From Opitutaceae bacterium (lineage in GTDB: Bacteria; Verrucomicrobiota; Verrucomicrobiia; Opitutales; Opitutaceae): 64,000 bases of DNA. Where the stretch lies: assembly GCA_041671745.1 (NCBI GenBank), contig JBAZBC010000018.1, forward strand, positions 31,905-95,904. Reading direction: 5' to 3'. Under the pieces are notes generated by a model, which worked only from the letters and a program-made list of their open reading frames with translations, was not told the DNA's origin and did no database searches. The position numbers and the translations under genes were made by a program. Below, piece by piece: positions 1 to 9,454 of the stretch. Numbering within the stretch: position 1 is the stretch's first letter; every line of letters starts with the position of its first letter.

Positions 1-247
1 CGGCATGAAGCGGCGGTGCGACGGTTTCCCTGAGCGGTGTGTAGCGGGCACGTAGGGTAGGTCGGCCGGACATCCACGACCAGTTGATCATCGATAAACA
101 GTTTCACCCCGCGCGGGCGGTGGCGATCACGCGGCAGGATTTACCTGGGGTGTACACTGTCCAATCCCATTATGCTCCGCCGGCTTTTTTGACGGAGTCG
201 GAGAGTTCACCGTTGGCGAAGTGAACGGGTGCGGAACCGTCGAGTGG

Positions 248-1588
248 TCACAGCAGGATCGTGCCGGGAAGATTCGTCAGCTCGACGGCGGGAATCGAGG
301 GTGACCGGGCATGCGCGGTCTGCTTGCGGCCCATCCCGTGTATGGTCGCGGTCAGGTGGTCGAGCATGGGTGGGCGCGCCGCGATGGCTGGGGACTTGCG
401 AGGCCAGGCACGGGTGGCGCCGGGCCAGCTGCCATTGTCCAGAAATGCAGTCATGGCCTCGGGCAGGCCGCGCACCCGGATGCGAACGGAGGCCGGGTCA
501 CGGGCATCGGTCACCCGCTCGCGGTCCCCGTCGGGGAACGAAACGATTTCCCCGCTGGAAATGTAGTTGAGAGCGTTGAAGTGAACGAAAGGACGGCAGT
601 CGGAGAGGCGCGTGGCCGGCCGGTGGGATTCGCTGAGCAGGTAGGCGTGGTAGGCAAGATGGTTCTCCAGGATCGAGTCGAAGGGCGGCAGCGCTAGGTG
701 TTCGGTGTGTCCGTTGTTCCAGACGACATCGTAGTGGGAGTCCACTACGTAGTGGATCGTCGCGTTTTCCATCATGAGGGTCTCCGTCTGGGTGTGTTCG
801 CCGGCGCAGGCGTGGGTCATGGCGATGCGGAGGCATGCGCCGGTGTCTGTGGCCGCCTCGGCGAATACCGTGTCGGTTCCCTCGATCTCGTGGCCGCGGT
901 AGAGCTCCGCCTTCACCTCGAGCGGCGCGGCCCAGTCGAGCACGGCGCGGGTGCCCGCCCAGTGAAGCACGTTGTGCACGTAGTGGGACATGGCGTTGGC
1001 GAAGCAGGAGTCCAGGATGAGCTGCCCGTTGGCGGACAGGAGGCAGCCGGCCCAGTCGTTGCGTTGGAAATAGGAGGCGGGGCGGGGCCATTGCGCGAGG
1101 AGGCCCACGCCGGTGAGGCGGCCGAATTCTCCCGCGAGCATACGTTGCTTCAGCGCGAGGCGTGGCTTTTCGACGATGTAATTGAAGCCAACGAGGGTGG
1201 TCTTGGCGGCCGAGCGATCCGTGGTGATCATGGCCTCCAGTTCGGCGGGGTCCAGAGTCGGGGGTTTTTCCAGATAGACGGGGATGCCGTGTTCGACGGC
1301 GGCACGGTGCATCTCGGCGTGTAGTGGAATAGGCGTAGGGATGACGACGTAGTCCAGTTCGGAGTCGCAGGCGCGGAACAGGGTGCGGTAGTCGCCGAAG
1401 ACTCGGATGCCGCGCGCGGAAAAATGCCAGTGGTCGCATTCGGCGGCGAAGTTTCCGGGATGCGGGTCGCAGGTCGCCACCAGGCGCGCGTGTCCAAGCG
1501 CCTCCAACTTGAGGAGGGCTTTGTGGTGGGCGGCGGCGAAGCCGCCCATGCCAATGATCGCGACACGCAAGGCTGATGGTGATGTCAT
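248..1588 (-). CDS. Gfo/Idh/MocA family NAD(P)-dependent oxidoreductase
   Basis: N-terminal Rossmann motif VAIIGMGGFAAAH; 'VVIPTPIPLHAEM' and 'VYLEKPP' signatures; 446 aa ORF. Confidence 0.9.
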   Translation of the reverse strand: MTSPSALRVAIIGMGGFAAAHHKALLKLEALGHARLVATCDPHPGNFAAECDHWHFSARGIRVFGDYRTLFRACDSELDYVVIPTPIPLHAEMHRAAVEHGIPVYLEKPPTLDPAELEAMITTDRSAAKTTLVGFNYIVEKPRLALKQRMLAGEFGRLTGVGLLAQWPRPASYFQRNDWAGCLLSANGQLILDSCFANAMSHYVHNVLHWAGTRAVLDWAAPLEVKAELYRGHEIEGTDTVFAEAATDTGACLRIAMTHACAGEHTQTETLMMENATIHYVVDSHYDVVWNNGHTEHLALPPFDSILENHLAYHAYLLSESHRPATRLSDCRPFVHFNALNYISSGEIVSFPDGDRERVTDARDPASVRIRVRGLPEAMTAFLDNGSWPGATRAWPRKSPAIAARPPMLDHLTATIHGMGRKQTAHARSPSIPAVELTNLPGTILL

Positions 1589-2054
1589 TAGGGAAAGGGT
1601 TCGAATGAACGCTCAGTCGCGTCTAGTTTAAACGCCGAGCGTATGAAATGTTCGCGGAACGGTCATGTAGAGACTCGGGAGGGGCGAAGTCAAAATCGGC
1701 GTAATGGCGGATCTAGTTGAGAAATACATAGAGACCGGAAAGGGTGGGTGGGATTGGAATCCGAGTCTTACTGATCAAGCGTGGACTTATGCGATATTAG
1801 GCTTTGCGGGTGGAGAGCCTGCCGACTCGTGTTGCGTCCATGCCGGTGGTAAATGCCAGGGTTTTCATGATGTGGTGCGCTTGTCCACGCGTGATGAGAA
1901 GGTTTTCACCTTTCCGAGAACGGAACACATAGGTTTCACCGCTGGGCTGGACTGCCAATGTTGCGTGGTAATCAGAGAATGGCTGGATTTAGAATTAGGG
2001 AGATCAGTTGCCGTTAATCAGACTGGTTGCTGAATCTATCGCTCTGCAAAGCTG

Positions 2055-3392
2055 TCAAAAGTGGTCCGACTCGGCGGCGTAGGCGCGGGCGAGGAGAACC
2101 ACGGGGTGGGCGACTTCGGTGGCGGGGTGTCCGTGGGCGGCGAGTCCGCTTTGGATCTGCAAATGACAACCGGGGTTGGCCGTGGCGACGACTTGGGCGT
2201 CGGTCGCGGCGAGGTGGCCGATCTTGCGATCCTGAAGCCACGCGGAGGTGTCGGGCTGCGTGATGTTGTAGATGCCGGCGCTGCCGCAGCACCACTGGGC
2301 TTCGGCGCATTCGCGGAGTTCGACGCCAGGAAGTGACTTGAGGATAGCGCGGGGCTGCGAGCTGACTTTCTGGCCGTGGCAGAGGTGGCAGCTCTCATGA
2401 TAAGTGACGGTGGACGGAGCGCCCGCAAGCGGGCTGCCTAAGGGGGCGGCGGGTTTGCGGAAATTGATTTCGACGAGGTATTCGTGGATGTCCTTCAGTT
2501 TCTTGGACCACGCGGCGGCGCGTTGCGTGTAGACGGGATCGTCGTGGAGAAGGTGATCGTAGGCGCGCAGGTGGGAGCCGCAGCCGCCGGCGTTGCTGAT
2601 GATGGCGTCGAAGTCGTCCGGATTGATGAGATCGAGCTGGCGGCGGGCGAGGACGCGCGCGGTGTCGGTGTCGCCGTTGTGCGCGTGGAGCGAACCGCAG
2701 CAGGGCTGCACGGGCGGCGTGTGGACTTCGCAGCCGTTGGCGAGCAGCACGTCCACGGTGGCGCGGTTGACGTCGGAGAACGCTAGATCTTGCACACAGC
2801 CGGTGAGGACCAAGACGCGGCGTTTCGGCGCGGCGGGTTTCTCGATTGGCCGGATGAGCTGATGAGAAAATTTCGCGCGGATCGTCGGTGCCTGCGGTTC
2901 GAGGCGGCGGAGATTTTTCGGCAGGAGTTTCGTCAGGCCGGCGCGGCGGGCGAGGGATTGCAGACCGCTGGCCTGCCAGAGCCAGAGTGTGCGGCCGACG
3001 AGACGGAGCAGACGCGGGCGCGTGAAGAGGATGCGTAGCACAGACCAGCGGATGAAGTCGCGTTTGGGAGACGCGAGCACGGCGGATTTCTCGACGTCGG
3101 CGCGGGCGGTTTCGAAAAGCTCGGAGTAGTTCACGCCGGCGGGACAGGCGCTGGTGCAGGCGAGGCAGCCGAGGCAGTAATACATTTCTTCGCCGAAGGC
3201 TTTGGTGATCTCGAGTTCTTCGTCGGCGATGGCACGCATGAGGGCGATGCGTCCGCGCGGCGAATTGCGCTCTTCCTTCGTCTCCACGTAGGTCGGGCAG
3301 GTCGGCAGGCACATGCCGCAGTGCATGCACTGCTGGAGGACGGAGTAGTCGAGTCCCTTGAGAAGGTTTTGGGTTTTAACTGCGGAGGACAC
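2055..3392 (-). CDS. glcF: Glycolate/lactate oxidase iron-sulfur subunit (GlcF-like, 2x[4Fe-4S] plus CCG domains)
   Basis: CMHCGMCLPTCP and CLGCLACTSACP ferredoxin motifs; CCG motifs 'CCGSLHAH' and 'CCGSAG'; 'TANPGCHLQ'; directly downstream of glcD. Confidence 0.88.
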   Translation of the reverse strand: MSSAVKTQNLLKGLDYSVLQQCMHCGMCLPTCPTYVETKEERNSPRGRIALMRAIADEELEITKAFGEEMYYCLGCLACTSACPAGVNYSELFETARADVEKSAVLASPKRDFIRWSVLRILFTRPRLLRLVGRTLWLWQASGLQSLARRAGLTKLLPKNLRRLEPQAPTIRAKFSHQLIRPIEKPAAPKRRVLVLTGCVQDLAFSDVNRATVDVLLANGCEVHTPPVQPCCGSLHAHNGDTDTARVLARRQLDLINPDDFDAIISNAGGCGSHLRAYDHLLHDDPVYTQRAAAWSKKLKDIHEYLVEINFRKPAAPLGSPLAGAPSTVTYHESCHLCHGQKVSSQPRAILKSLPGVELRECAEAQWCCGSAGIYNITQPDTSAWLQDRKIGHLAATDAQVVATANPGCHLQIQSGLAAHGHPATEVAHPVVLLARAYAAESDHF

Positions 3393-3408
3393 GGAGATCG
3401 GATTTTTA

Positions 3409-3477
3409 CCGCGGATGGCGCGGATTCCAAGCAGGGAACAATGCGATGTTATCCGCGTTGATCTGCGTTATCCGCGG
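3409..3477. repeat. Intergenic inverted-repeat (REP-like) element between glcD and glcF
   Basis: Left arm ccgcggat-ggcgcggat (3409-3425); right arm atccgcgtt-gatctgcgtt-atccgcgg (3451-3477). CCGCGGAT/ATCCGCGG is a perfect inverted pair. Confidence 0.55.
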
Positions 3478-3484
3478 AATAATT

Positions 3485-4864
3485 TCAGTCGAAGATTTTG
3501 CCGGGGTTGAGGAGGCCTTCGGGGTCGAGGGACTTTTTGACGAGCCGCAACAGATCGTAGGACGCGTCGCCGAGCTGGCGTTTGAGGAAGGGTTTTTTGG
3601 CGAGGCCGACGCCGTGTTCGCCGGTGATGGTGCCGCCGCGTTTCAGGGTTTCGTCGACGATCTCGGTGAAGGCGAGTTCGACGCGGTGCATCTCGGCGGT
3701 GTTACGTTCGTCGGTGAGGATCGTGGGGTGCAGGTTGCCGTCGCCGAAGTGGCCGAAGGTGGCGATGTTGAGGTCGTGTTTTTTGGCGATGACCTCGACC
3801 GCGCGGATCATGCTGGCGAGTTCGCTGCGGGGAACGGTCACGTCTTCGAGGATCGTCGTGGGGCGCAGACGGGCGAGGGCGGAGAACGCGCTGCGGCGCG
3901 CGGTGGCGAGTTGGGCGGCCTCGGCGGCGGTGGCGGCGCGGCGGACCGAGGAGGCTCCGTGGGCGCGGCAGAGTTCCTCGATCTTGGCGGCTTCGTCGGC
4001 GACGGCGGCGGGGTGTCCGTCGGTTTCAACGAGGAGGATGGCGGCGGCGTCGCGGGGCAGGCCGACCTTGGCGAAATCCTCGACGCAGCGGAGCGTCTTC
4101 TGGTCGAGGAACTCCAAGGTGCAGGGAATGATCTTGGCGGCGATGATGGCTGAGACGGTTTCGGCGGCGGCGTCCATCGCGGTGTAGGTGGCGAGGAGTG
4201 TCTGGCGCGCGGCGGGCTTGGGGAGGAGCTTGAGGAGAACCTGGGTGACGACGCCGAGCGTCCCTTCGCTTCCGATGAAGAGATCGCGGAGGTTGTAGCC
4301 GGCGACGTCCTTCACGCACTTGGAGCCAAGCCAGCAGATGGAGCCGTCGGCGAGGACGACCTCGAGGCCCATGACGTAGTCGCGGGTGACGCCGTATTTG
4401 AGTCCGCGGAGGCCGCCGGAGTTTTCGGCGACGTTGCCGCCGATGGTGGAGATTTTCATCGAGCCCGGGTCTGGCGGATAAAAGAGACCGACGGCGTCGG
4501 CGGCGTCGTAGATTTTCTGGGTGATGGCGCCGGCCTCGGCGCGGAGCGTGAGGTTGGCGGTATCGACCTCGAGGATGCGGTCCATCTTCACGAGACAGAG
4601 CACGACGGCGCCGGGAAGAGGGACGCTGCCACCGGAAAGTCCGGTGCCGCTGCCGCGGGTGACCACGGGCGCGCGGTGTTCGCGGGCAAGTTTCAGGACG
4701 GTTGAAACGTCGGCGGCGTCGCGCGGGAACACGACACAGGCGGGCAGTTGTTTGAGCGTGGCGGTGCCGTCGAAGCCGTAGGGCAGGATGTCCTCGCGCG
4801 CGGTGAGCACGCGGTCGGCACCGAGACGGGCTTTGAGTTCATCCATCAGTTGTATTTCGGACAT
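3485..4864 (-). CDS. glcD: FAD-linked oxidase, glycolate oxidase subunit GlcD-like
   Basis: 'RGSGTGLSGG' FAD-binding motif; 'YPPDPGSMKISTIGGNVAENSGG', 'KYGVTRDYV', 'GHFGDGNLH', 'GEHGVG'. Confidence 0.9.
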   Translation of the reverse strand: MSEIQLMDELKARLGADRVLTAREDILPYGFDGTATLKQLPACVVFPRDAADVSTVLKLAREHRAPVVTRGSGTGLSGGSVPLPGAVVLCLVKMDRILEVDTANLTLRAEAGAITQKIYDAADAVGLFYPPDPGSMKISTIGGNVAENSGGLRGLKYGVTRDYVMGLEVVLADGSICWLGSKCVKDVAGYNLRDLFIGSEGTLGVVTQVLLKLLPKPAARQTLLATYTAMDAAAETVSAIIAAKIIPCTLEFLDQKTLRCVEDFAKVGLPRDAAAILLVETDGHPAAVADEAAKIEELCRAHGASSVRRAATAAEAAQLATARRSAFSALARLRPTTILEDVTVPRSELASMIRAVEVIAKKHDLNIATFGHFGDGNLHPTILTDERNTAEMHRVELAFTEIVDETLKRGGTITGEHGVGLAKKPFLKRQLGDASYDLLRLVKKSLDPEGLLNPGKIFD

Positions 4865-4942
4865 CGAGTGGATGCTTTAGGATAAACAGACTAAGCTTCG
4901 ACGGGTCTCACCGGACTGCGGCTTGCGCCGCAAGGAATGGCT

Positions 4943-5704
4943 TCAAAAATACCCGCCCTTTTCAGTGATCTGATGGACCGTCTGACCTTCGGCGACCCAC
5001 GAGAAGATTTTCTTTTCGTTCGTCTTTATCTCTTCGGCGCGAACAAGGACTTCGTAGGCAATGTCACGGGGGATGACTATCACACCATCGATATCACCAA
5101 GCACCACGTCGCCGGGGCGGATGACCGTATCGCCGATCTTGATGGGAATCTGGTAATGCGTGATGAGGCAGCGTCCGAGCGAGCCGTTCGGGATGCGATG
5201 CTTGTAGAATACAGGGAAGTCTTTTTCCAAAATTTGATGTGTATCACGGATGCCGCCGTCGATGATCGCTCCTTTCACGCCAAGGCCGACCGCGGTGGCC
5301 GTCATGACACCGCCCCAGAGTGTGGCGCGCTCATCATTCGAGGTATCCCATACGACCATCGAGTCACGTGGCAGCTCGGTGAGCATTTGCGTGCGAAAGG
5401 TCATCTCGCCGGTGATTTTCACGTTGGGCGCGCTCTTAACCGTAAACGCGATGCCCGCGACGGTGCGTTCGGGACGCAGAGGCTTGATATGTCCGGGCAG
5501 TGCTTGATCAAGCAGGGCGAACTCACGCAACACGTCGCTGATCGCGCCGGTGTAGAGTTGCTCGAAGCGGGAAAGAAGTTCTTTCACGGGAATGGGGAAT
5601 TCCTTGGTCGAGATCGTTTCGCGCGCGGCGATCAATTTTTCGAGGTTCATCATGCCTACTTCTTTTTTGTAGGCTTCGATGTCTGCATTTAGGTTTTTGG
5701 TCAT
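4943..5704 (-). CDS. RraA family protein (HMG/CHA aldolase-like)
   Basis: 'TGAISDVL', 'VAGIAFTV', 'LWGGVMT..A...GVKGAIIDGGIRD', 'PGDVVLGDIDGVIVIP' match RraA-like aldolases. Confidence 0.85.
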   Translation of the reverse strand: MTKNLNADIEAYKKEVGMMNLEKLIAARETISTKEFPIPVKELLSRFEQLYTGAISDVLREFALLDQALPGHIKPLRPERTVAGIAFTVKSAPNVKITGEMTFRTQMLTELPRDSMVVWDTSNDERATLWGGVMTATAVGLGVKGAIIDGGIRDTHQILEKDFPVFYKHRIPNGSLGRCLITHYQIPIKIGDTVIRPGDVVLGDIDGVIVIPRDIAYEVLVRAEEIKTNEKKIFSWVAEGQTVHQITEKGGYF

Positions 5705-5716
5705 AAAAAAAGGGAG

Positions 5717-6487
5717 TCAGGCGAGGCTGAAGCCTCCATCGATAAACAGGTTCTGGCCGGTGATGTAGCGGCCGGCGTCGGAACAGAGAAGCAGGGCGGC
5801 GCCGACACAATCGACGCTCTCGCCAAAGAAGCCGGACGGGATCGCGGCACGGACTTTTCCCGCGTAGGCTTCGTTGGCCAGCGCGACCGTATTGCGATCG
5901 GTCTGGATAACGCCTGGTGCGAGATTGTTGATGGTAATGCCATGCGGGGCGAGCGGCCGGGCGAGGCCGATGACAAGGCCGGTCTGCGCATGCTTGAGCG
6001 ATGAATAGACGAGCATCTCCGGATGAGGTTTTACCTCTTGGGCGCTGCCTAGGGTGAGAATACGACCCCACTTGCAGTCGATCATACCGGGTGCGGCAAG
6101 TTGGAGGAGTTCGAAGCTGCTGCGATAGTTGACCGCGATCTGCCGATCGATTTCGGTGCGGGTAAACTCAAGCCAGGGCTTCTTGATCTGCATCGAGGCG
6201 TTCAGGACCAGGATGTCGATACCGCCAAGCGCGGCGATCGCGCCATCATACGTGAGTCTGGCGCCATCGTCGGTCGCAAGGTCGGCCCCTACGACGCCGG
6301 TTCGCACTCCGGTTGCGGCAATGCGCGCAGAAACGGCGCGGGCCTGATCCATATTGCCCGTGCCATGAATAACCACATCGGCTCCGGCATCAGCCAGTGC
6401 AGTTGCGATGGCTGCTCCGATGCCCTGGCTGGAGCCGGTGACAAGCGCACGACGGCCTTTAAGATCGAAAGAGGGAGGGAGTTTCAT
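5717..6487 (-). CDS. SDR family oxidoreductase (sugar/sugar-acid dehydrogenase-like)
   Basis: TGSSQGIG Rossmann motif; YSSLK catalytic YxxxK; 'NNLAPG', 'ITGQNLFIDGG'. Confidence 0.9.
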   Translation of the reverse strand: MKLPPSFDLKGRRALVTGSSQGIGAAIATALADAGADVVIHGTGNMDQARAVSARIAATGVRTGVVGADLATDDGARLTYDGAIAALGGIDILVLNASMQIKKPWLEFTRTEIDRQIAVNYRSSFELLQLAAPGMIDCKWGRILTLGSAQEVKPHPEMLVYSSLKHAQTGLVIGLARPLAPHGITINNLAPGVIQTDRNTVALANEAYAGKVRAAIPSGFFGESVDCVGAALLLCSDAGRYITGQNLFIDGGFSLA

Positions 6488-6581
6488 GGGGCTAGTGAAT
6501 GGATGTGATTCGTCCAGCGGGCTGAGCTATGCGTGACTGTAAGAGGAGTCGACCGGGTTAATGGACGGGAAGTAGCGGGCG

Positions 6582-7352
6582 TCATTTAGCGGAGGAGGGT
6601 GCCATACGTTGAAGCTGGTTGGAGCAGGCTGTGGTTGCCGCGATCAGATGTTTTGCATGGGCATTACGATGACGACCGGTGAAGTCATGTGAAAAACCCA
6701 CCATGGTCACGGTGCCGACGATTATTCCAGAGCCGTCCCTGACAGCGGCTGAAAGGGCGTAGACACTTGGCTGGTATCCTCCAAAATCGGCACACACACC
6801 GGACCGACGGAAAGTGGCGATGCGTTTCTTTACGTCCAACGGGGTCTGATGCGTCCAACATTCCTTTGGAGCATGATCGATCAGGTGCTGGCTTTCCTTG
6901 GCGGAAAGTTCACTCATCAGCACCGTGCCGGAAGAGCCTAGCGTAAGATGAAACACCGAGCCGACTCGCACGGTAACCGAGGTTTCCCGGGGTGACTCGG
7001 CACGCAGCACGGACACGGCATGTTCTCCTTGTCTGACTGAAAGCTTAACGGAAAGCCCTGTATCAACAGCCAACTTGGTCAGAATGGGCCGGCAGGTTTC
7101 GACCAAAAGTTCATGACGTGCGAGTGGCTGCAGGAGGGGCAGCAGGCCCAGCGACAGTTCGTGCTGCCCCTTTGATGTCTGCCGCACCCAATCTTCCGCG
7201 AGAAATGTTTGCAGAATCCGATAGGTGGTCGACGGAGGTATTTTGAGCGTCTGCGAGAGCGCCTTGGCGGTGGTTTGAGCTTCTTGATCAGATGCAACCG
7301 CATTCAGCAGCGTGATGGCTTTCTTCAGAATGGGAATGGTGTGCGGCTGCAT
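6582..7352 (-). CDS. IclR family transcriptional regulator
   Basis: N-terminal HTH 'LSQTLKIPPSTTYRILQT'; C-terminal effector domain 'VGSVFHLTLGSSG', 'ALSAAVRD'. Confidence 0.88.
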   Translation of the reverse strand: MQPHTIPILKKAITLLNAVASDQEAQTTAKALSQTLKIPPSTTYRILQTFLAEDWVRQTSKGQHELSLGLLPLLQPLARHELLVETCRPILTKLAVDTGLSVKLSVRQGEHAVSVLRAESPRETSVTVRVGSVFHLTLGSSGTVLMSELSAKESQHLIDHAPKECWTHQTPLDVKKRIATFRRSGVCADFGGYQPSVYALSAAVRDGSGIIVGTVTMVGFSHDFTGRHRNAHAKHLIAATTACSNQLQRMAPSSAK

Positions 7353-7413
7353 GAGGATTCCGGAAGGGCGGATTTAGTTTTCTAAAAGTGTGTCCTCATA
7401 CAAGTTTTGTAAT

Positions 7414-7426
7414 GAAAATTATTTTC
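7414..7426. promoter_or_regulatory. Palindrome GAAAAT-T-ATTTTC in the AT-rich region upstream of IclR (candidate operator)
   Basis: Perfect 6-1-6 inverted repeat, imperfectly extendable (TGTAAT...AATACA), about 60 bp upstream of the IclR start. Confidence 0.35.
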
Positions 7427-7498
7427 CAATACATAATATTTTTATGGGTTAATATCCGCTTGCCGTTCCACGCTCGAAATACAGGAACCGTTTCGCTG

Positions 7499-8542
7499 CT
7501 AGGCTCTGCGCACGGTCCGTCCTGATCGCCATTCACCAGGTATCAATACTCCGCGCGGATGCATTGGTGCACCGATTTCATTATTTGCCAGAGCACCGAT
7601 CAGCAAGTCCGTGGCTGCCGCCGCCACCGCCTCGCTTTGCTGAAAAACACCCGAGGTGAACTCGTCGTCGTCGGCAACGTGGAGATGTGCGAAACCGATA
7701 TCCTTTGGCACGCACCATCCATAGGACGTTAGCAGGGCCGGAAGACGTTCCACGGTGGATATGATCGCTTCCGGTTTTTTGGCTCTTATCCATGCGATGA
7801 TCTCACCATCATCATGGGTGACGAGGGGGGCCAATGGTGGTGTGGAAAACTCCTGGCTCAAGGTTGCGAGGTATCCTCCGCAGAAACGATGGTTGACCAC
7901 CGATTCCACCAGGGGGTTTCCGATGTATCCTATTTTACGATACCCGAGACTCCATAATTCCCTCACTGCCGTCTGGGTCGAATGATGCTGGTCATTGGTC
8001 GCGAAATGAAGGGGCGGATGATGGAAACTGGTTCCAACGCTCACCACGGAAAAATGTTCCAGTGCTATCGGAATGTGACCGGCGTGTCCGTCCGCGGCCT
8101 CTGCGAAACCCTGTAATAAAACCCCCTTGATACCGCGTTCCTGCAAGATGTCTGTCAGGCTTCGTCCCTGCAGGCGGGGGGATCGCACCCAGATCCGCTC
8201 CATGGCATAACCCGCCGCCGCCGCTCTTTCCATCGCTCCTTTGTAAAAGGCCTGGCTAACCGGATCACGACGCCACGCCGACGCGGTGGTTTCGAGGTCG
8301 AGCCATGCCAGGTTCCATCGGACAGACGGAGCCCTGCGATTGCGAACCTGCGCCATCAACGCCGCCACCAACGGGTGTGGACGGTGGTGAAGCCGGGCGG
8401 CGATCTGCTTGATCCTTTGGCGGGTCGGCAGCCCGATACGCAGGTCTCCGCGCAGTGCGCGTGACACCGTGCTGGTCGCCACGCCGGCCTCTTGGGCGAT
8501 CTGCGCCAATGATACATGTTGAGGTTCGATGGGGCGTGGCAT
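7499..8542 (-). CDS. LacI family transcriptional regulator (Opitutaceae type)
   Basis: 'SLAQIAQEAGVATSTVSRALRG' HTH and sugar-binding-like C-terminus. Start moved from 8623 to ATG 8542 (MPRP) because the upstream extension precedes the HTH and overlaps the operator-like site. Confidence 0.88.
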   Translation of the reverse strand: MPRPIEPQHVSLAQIAQEAGVATSTVSRALRGDLRIGLPTRQRIKQIAARLHHRPHPLVAALMAQVRNRRAPSVRWNLAWLDLETTASAWRRDPVSQAFYKGAMERAAAAGYAMERIWVRSPRLQGRSLTDILQERGIKGVLLQGFAEAADGHAGHIPIALEHFSVVSVGTSFHHPPLHFATNDQHHSTQTAVRELWSLGYRKIGYIGNPLVESVVNHRFCGGYLATLSQEFSTPPLAPLVTHDDGEIIAWIRAKKPEAIISTVERLPALLTSYGWCVPKDIGFAHLHVADDDEFTSGVFQQSEAVAAAATDLLIGALANNEIGAPMHPRGVLIPGEWRSGRTVRRA

Positions 8543-8582
8543 GCCGAAAGAGCAGTGCATCCAACCGGTCGGTGGCAATTCT

Positions 8583-8602
8583 TTGCGCAACGCATTGCGC
8601 AA
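8583..8602. promoter_or_regulatory. TTGCGCAA-N4-TTGCGCAA site in the divergent LacI/isomerase intergenic region (candidate operator)
   Basis: Two perfect copies of the self-complementary octamer TTGCGCAA separated by CGCA. Confidence 0.5.
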
Positions 8603-8680
8603 CCGATCCGTGCCGGTGCGCACTTTGCGATGGCGATCCCCGCCCTCTCGTAGTCACAACCAAATACCCCTTCAACTATC

Positions 8681-9415
8681 ATGTCACATCCTCCCATTTC
8701 GCTTCAGCTTTGGTCTGTTCACGGTGAAACCCAGCGCGATTTTACCGCCACCGTTGCCGAGGTCGCCCGTATCGGCTACACCGGTGTAGAGCTCGCCGGC
8801 TACGGAAATCTTGATGCCACGCGCGCCAAAATCGCGCTGGATGCCGCCAGGTTGAAAGTTTCCGGCATGCATGTGGGCATCGCCCGCCTGCGTTCCGATC
8901 TCAGCGGCGTCATCGATGATGCACTGCTTTTTGGAACTCGCGATGTCATCTGTCCCCACTGGCCCGAGGGTCAGTTCAACTCGGCGGCCGCCTGTCAAAA
9001 CATCGGTGAGCAATTAGCGGCGATCGGTGCGACTTTGCGCGCTTACGGACTGCGCTTCAGCTTCCACAACCACGCCGTCGAAACCACGTTCTTCGAGGGT
9101 CGGACGGCGCTGGACTGGATGCTGGGCGCGGCGGCCCCCCGTGATCTCTACATGGAGCCGGATGTTTACTGGCTCACGGTCGGCGGACTGCGCCCGGAGA
9201 AATTTCTTCGCGATTACGGAGCACGTATCCCCCTCGTGCACATCAAGGACGAGACCGAACTCGGTTCCGGGCCGGTCAACTTTGAGCCGGTGTTCGCGGC
9301 CATCGATCAGATCGGCTCGGTCGAGTGGCTCGTCGTGGAGCAGGAAAGTTACAACCACGCTCCTCTGACTTCGGTGCGCCTGTGCTTTGAGAAACTCAAA
9401 GCCTGGGGTCGTTAA
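8681..9415 (+). CDS. Sugar phosphate isomerase/epimerase (xylose isomerase-like TIM barrel)
   Basis: 'GYTGVELAG', 'FSFHNHAVE', 'EPDVYW', 'LVHIKD', 'LVVEQE' metal-ligand pattern. Confidence 0.85.
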   Translation: MSHPPISLQLWSVHGETQRDFTATVAEVARIGYTGVELAGYGNLDATRAKIALDAARLKVSGMHVGIARLRSDLSGVIDDALLFGTRDVICPHWPEGQFNSAAACQNIGEQLAAIGATLRAYGLRFSFHNHAVETTFFEGRTALDWMLGAAAPRDLYMEPDVYWLTVGGLRPEKFLRDYGARIPLVHIKDETELGSGPVNFEPVFAAIDQIGSVEWLVVEQESYNHAPLTSVRLCFEKLKAWGR

Positions 9416-9454
9416 ACCACGCATGCATTCACTCATCCAACCTCGCATTATCCC

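Noticed and set aside
1-247. Possible gene fragment at the window start
   Set aside because: The best minus-strand frame is closed by an in-frame stop shortly upstream and has no recognisable motif.
1704-2033. 109-aa Cys-rich plus-strand ORF in a lower-GC spacer
   Set aside because: No recognisable domain, atypical composition, and it opposes the operon direction; it could be a decayed remnant but I cannot support it.
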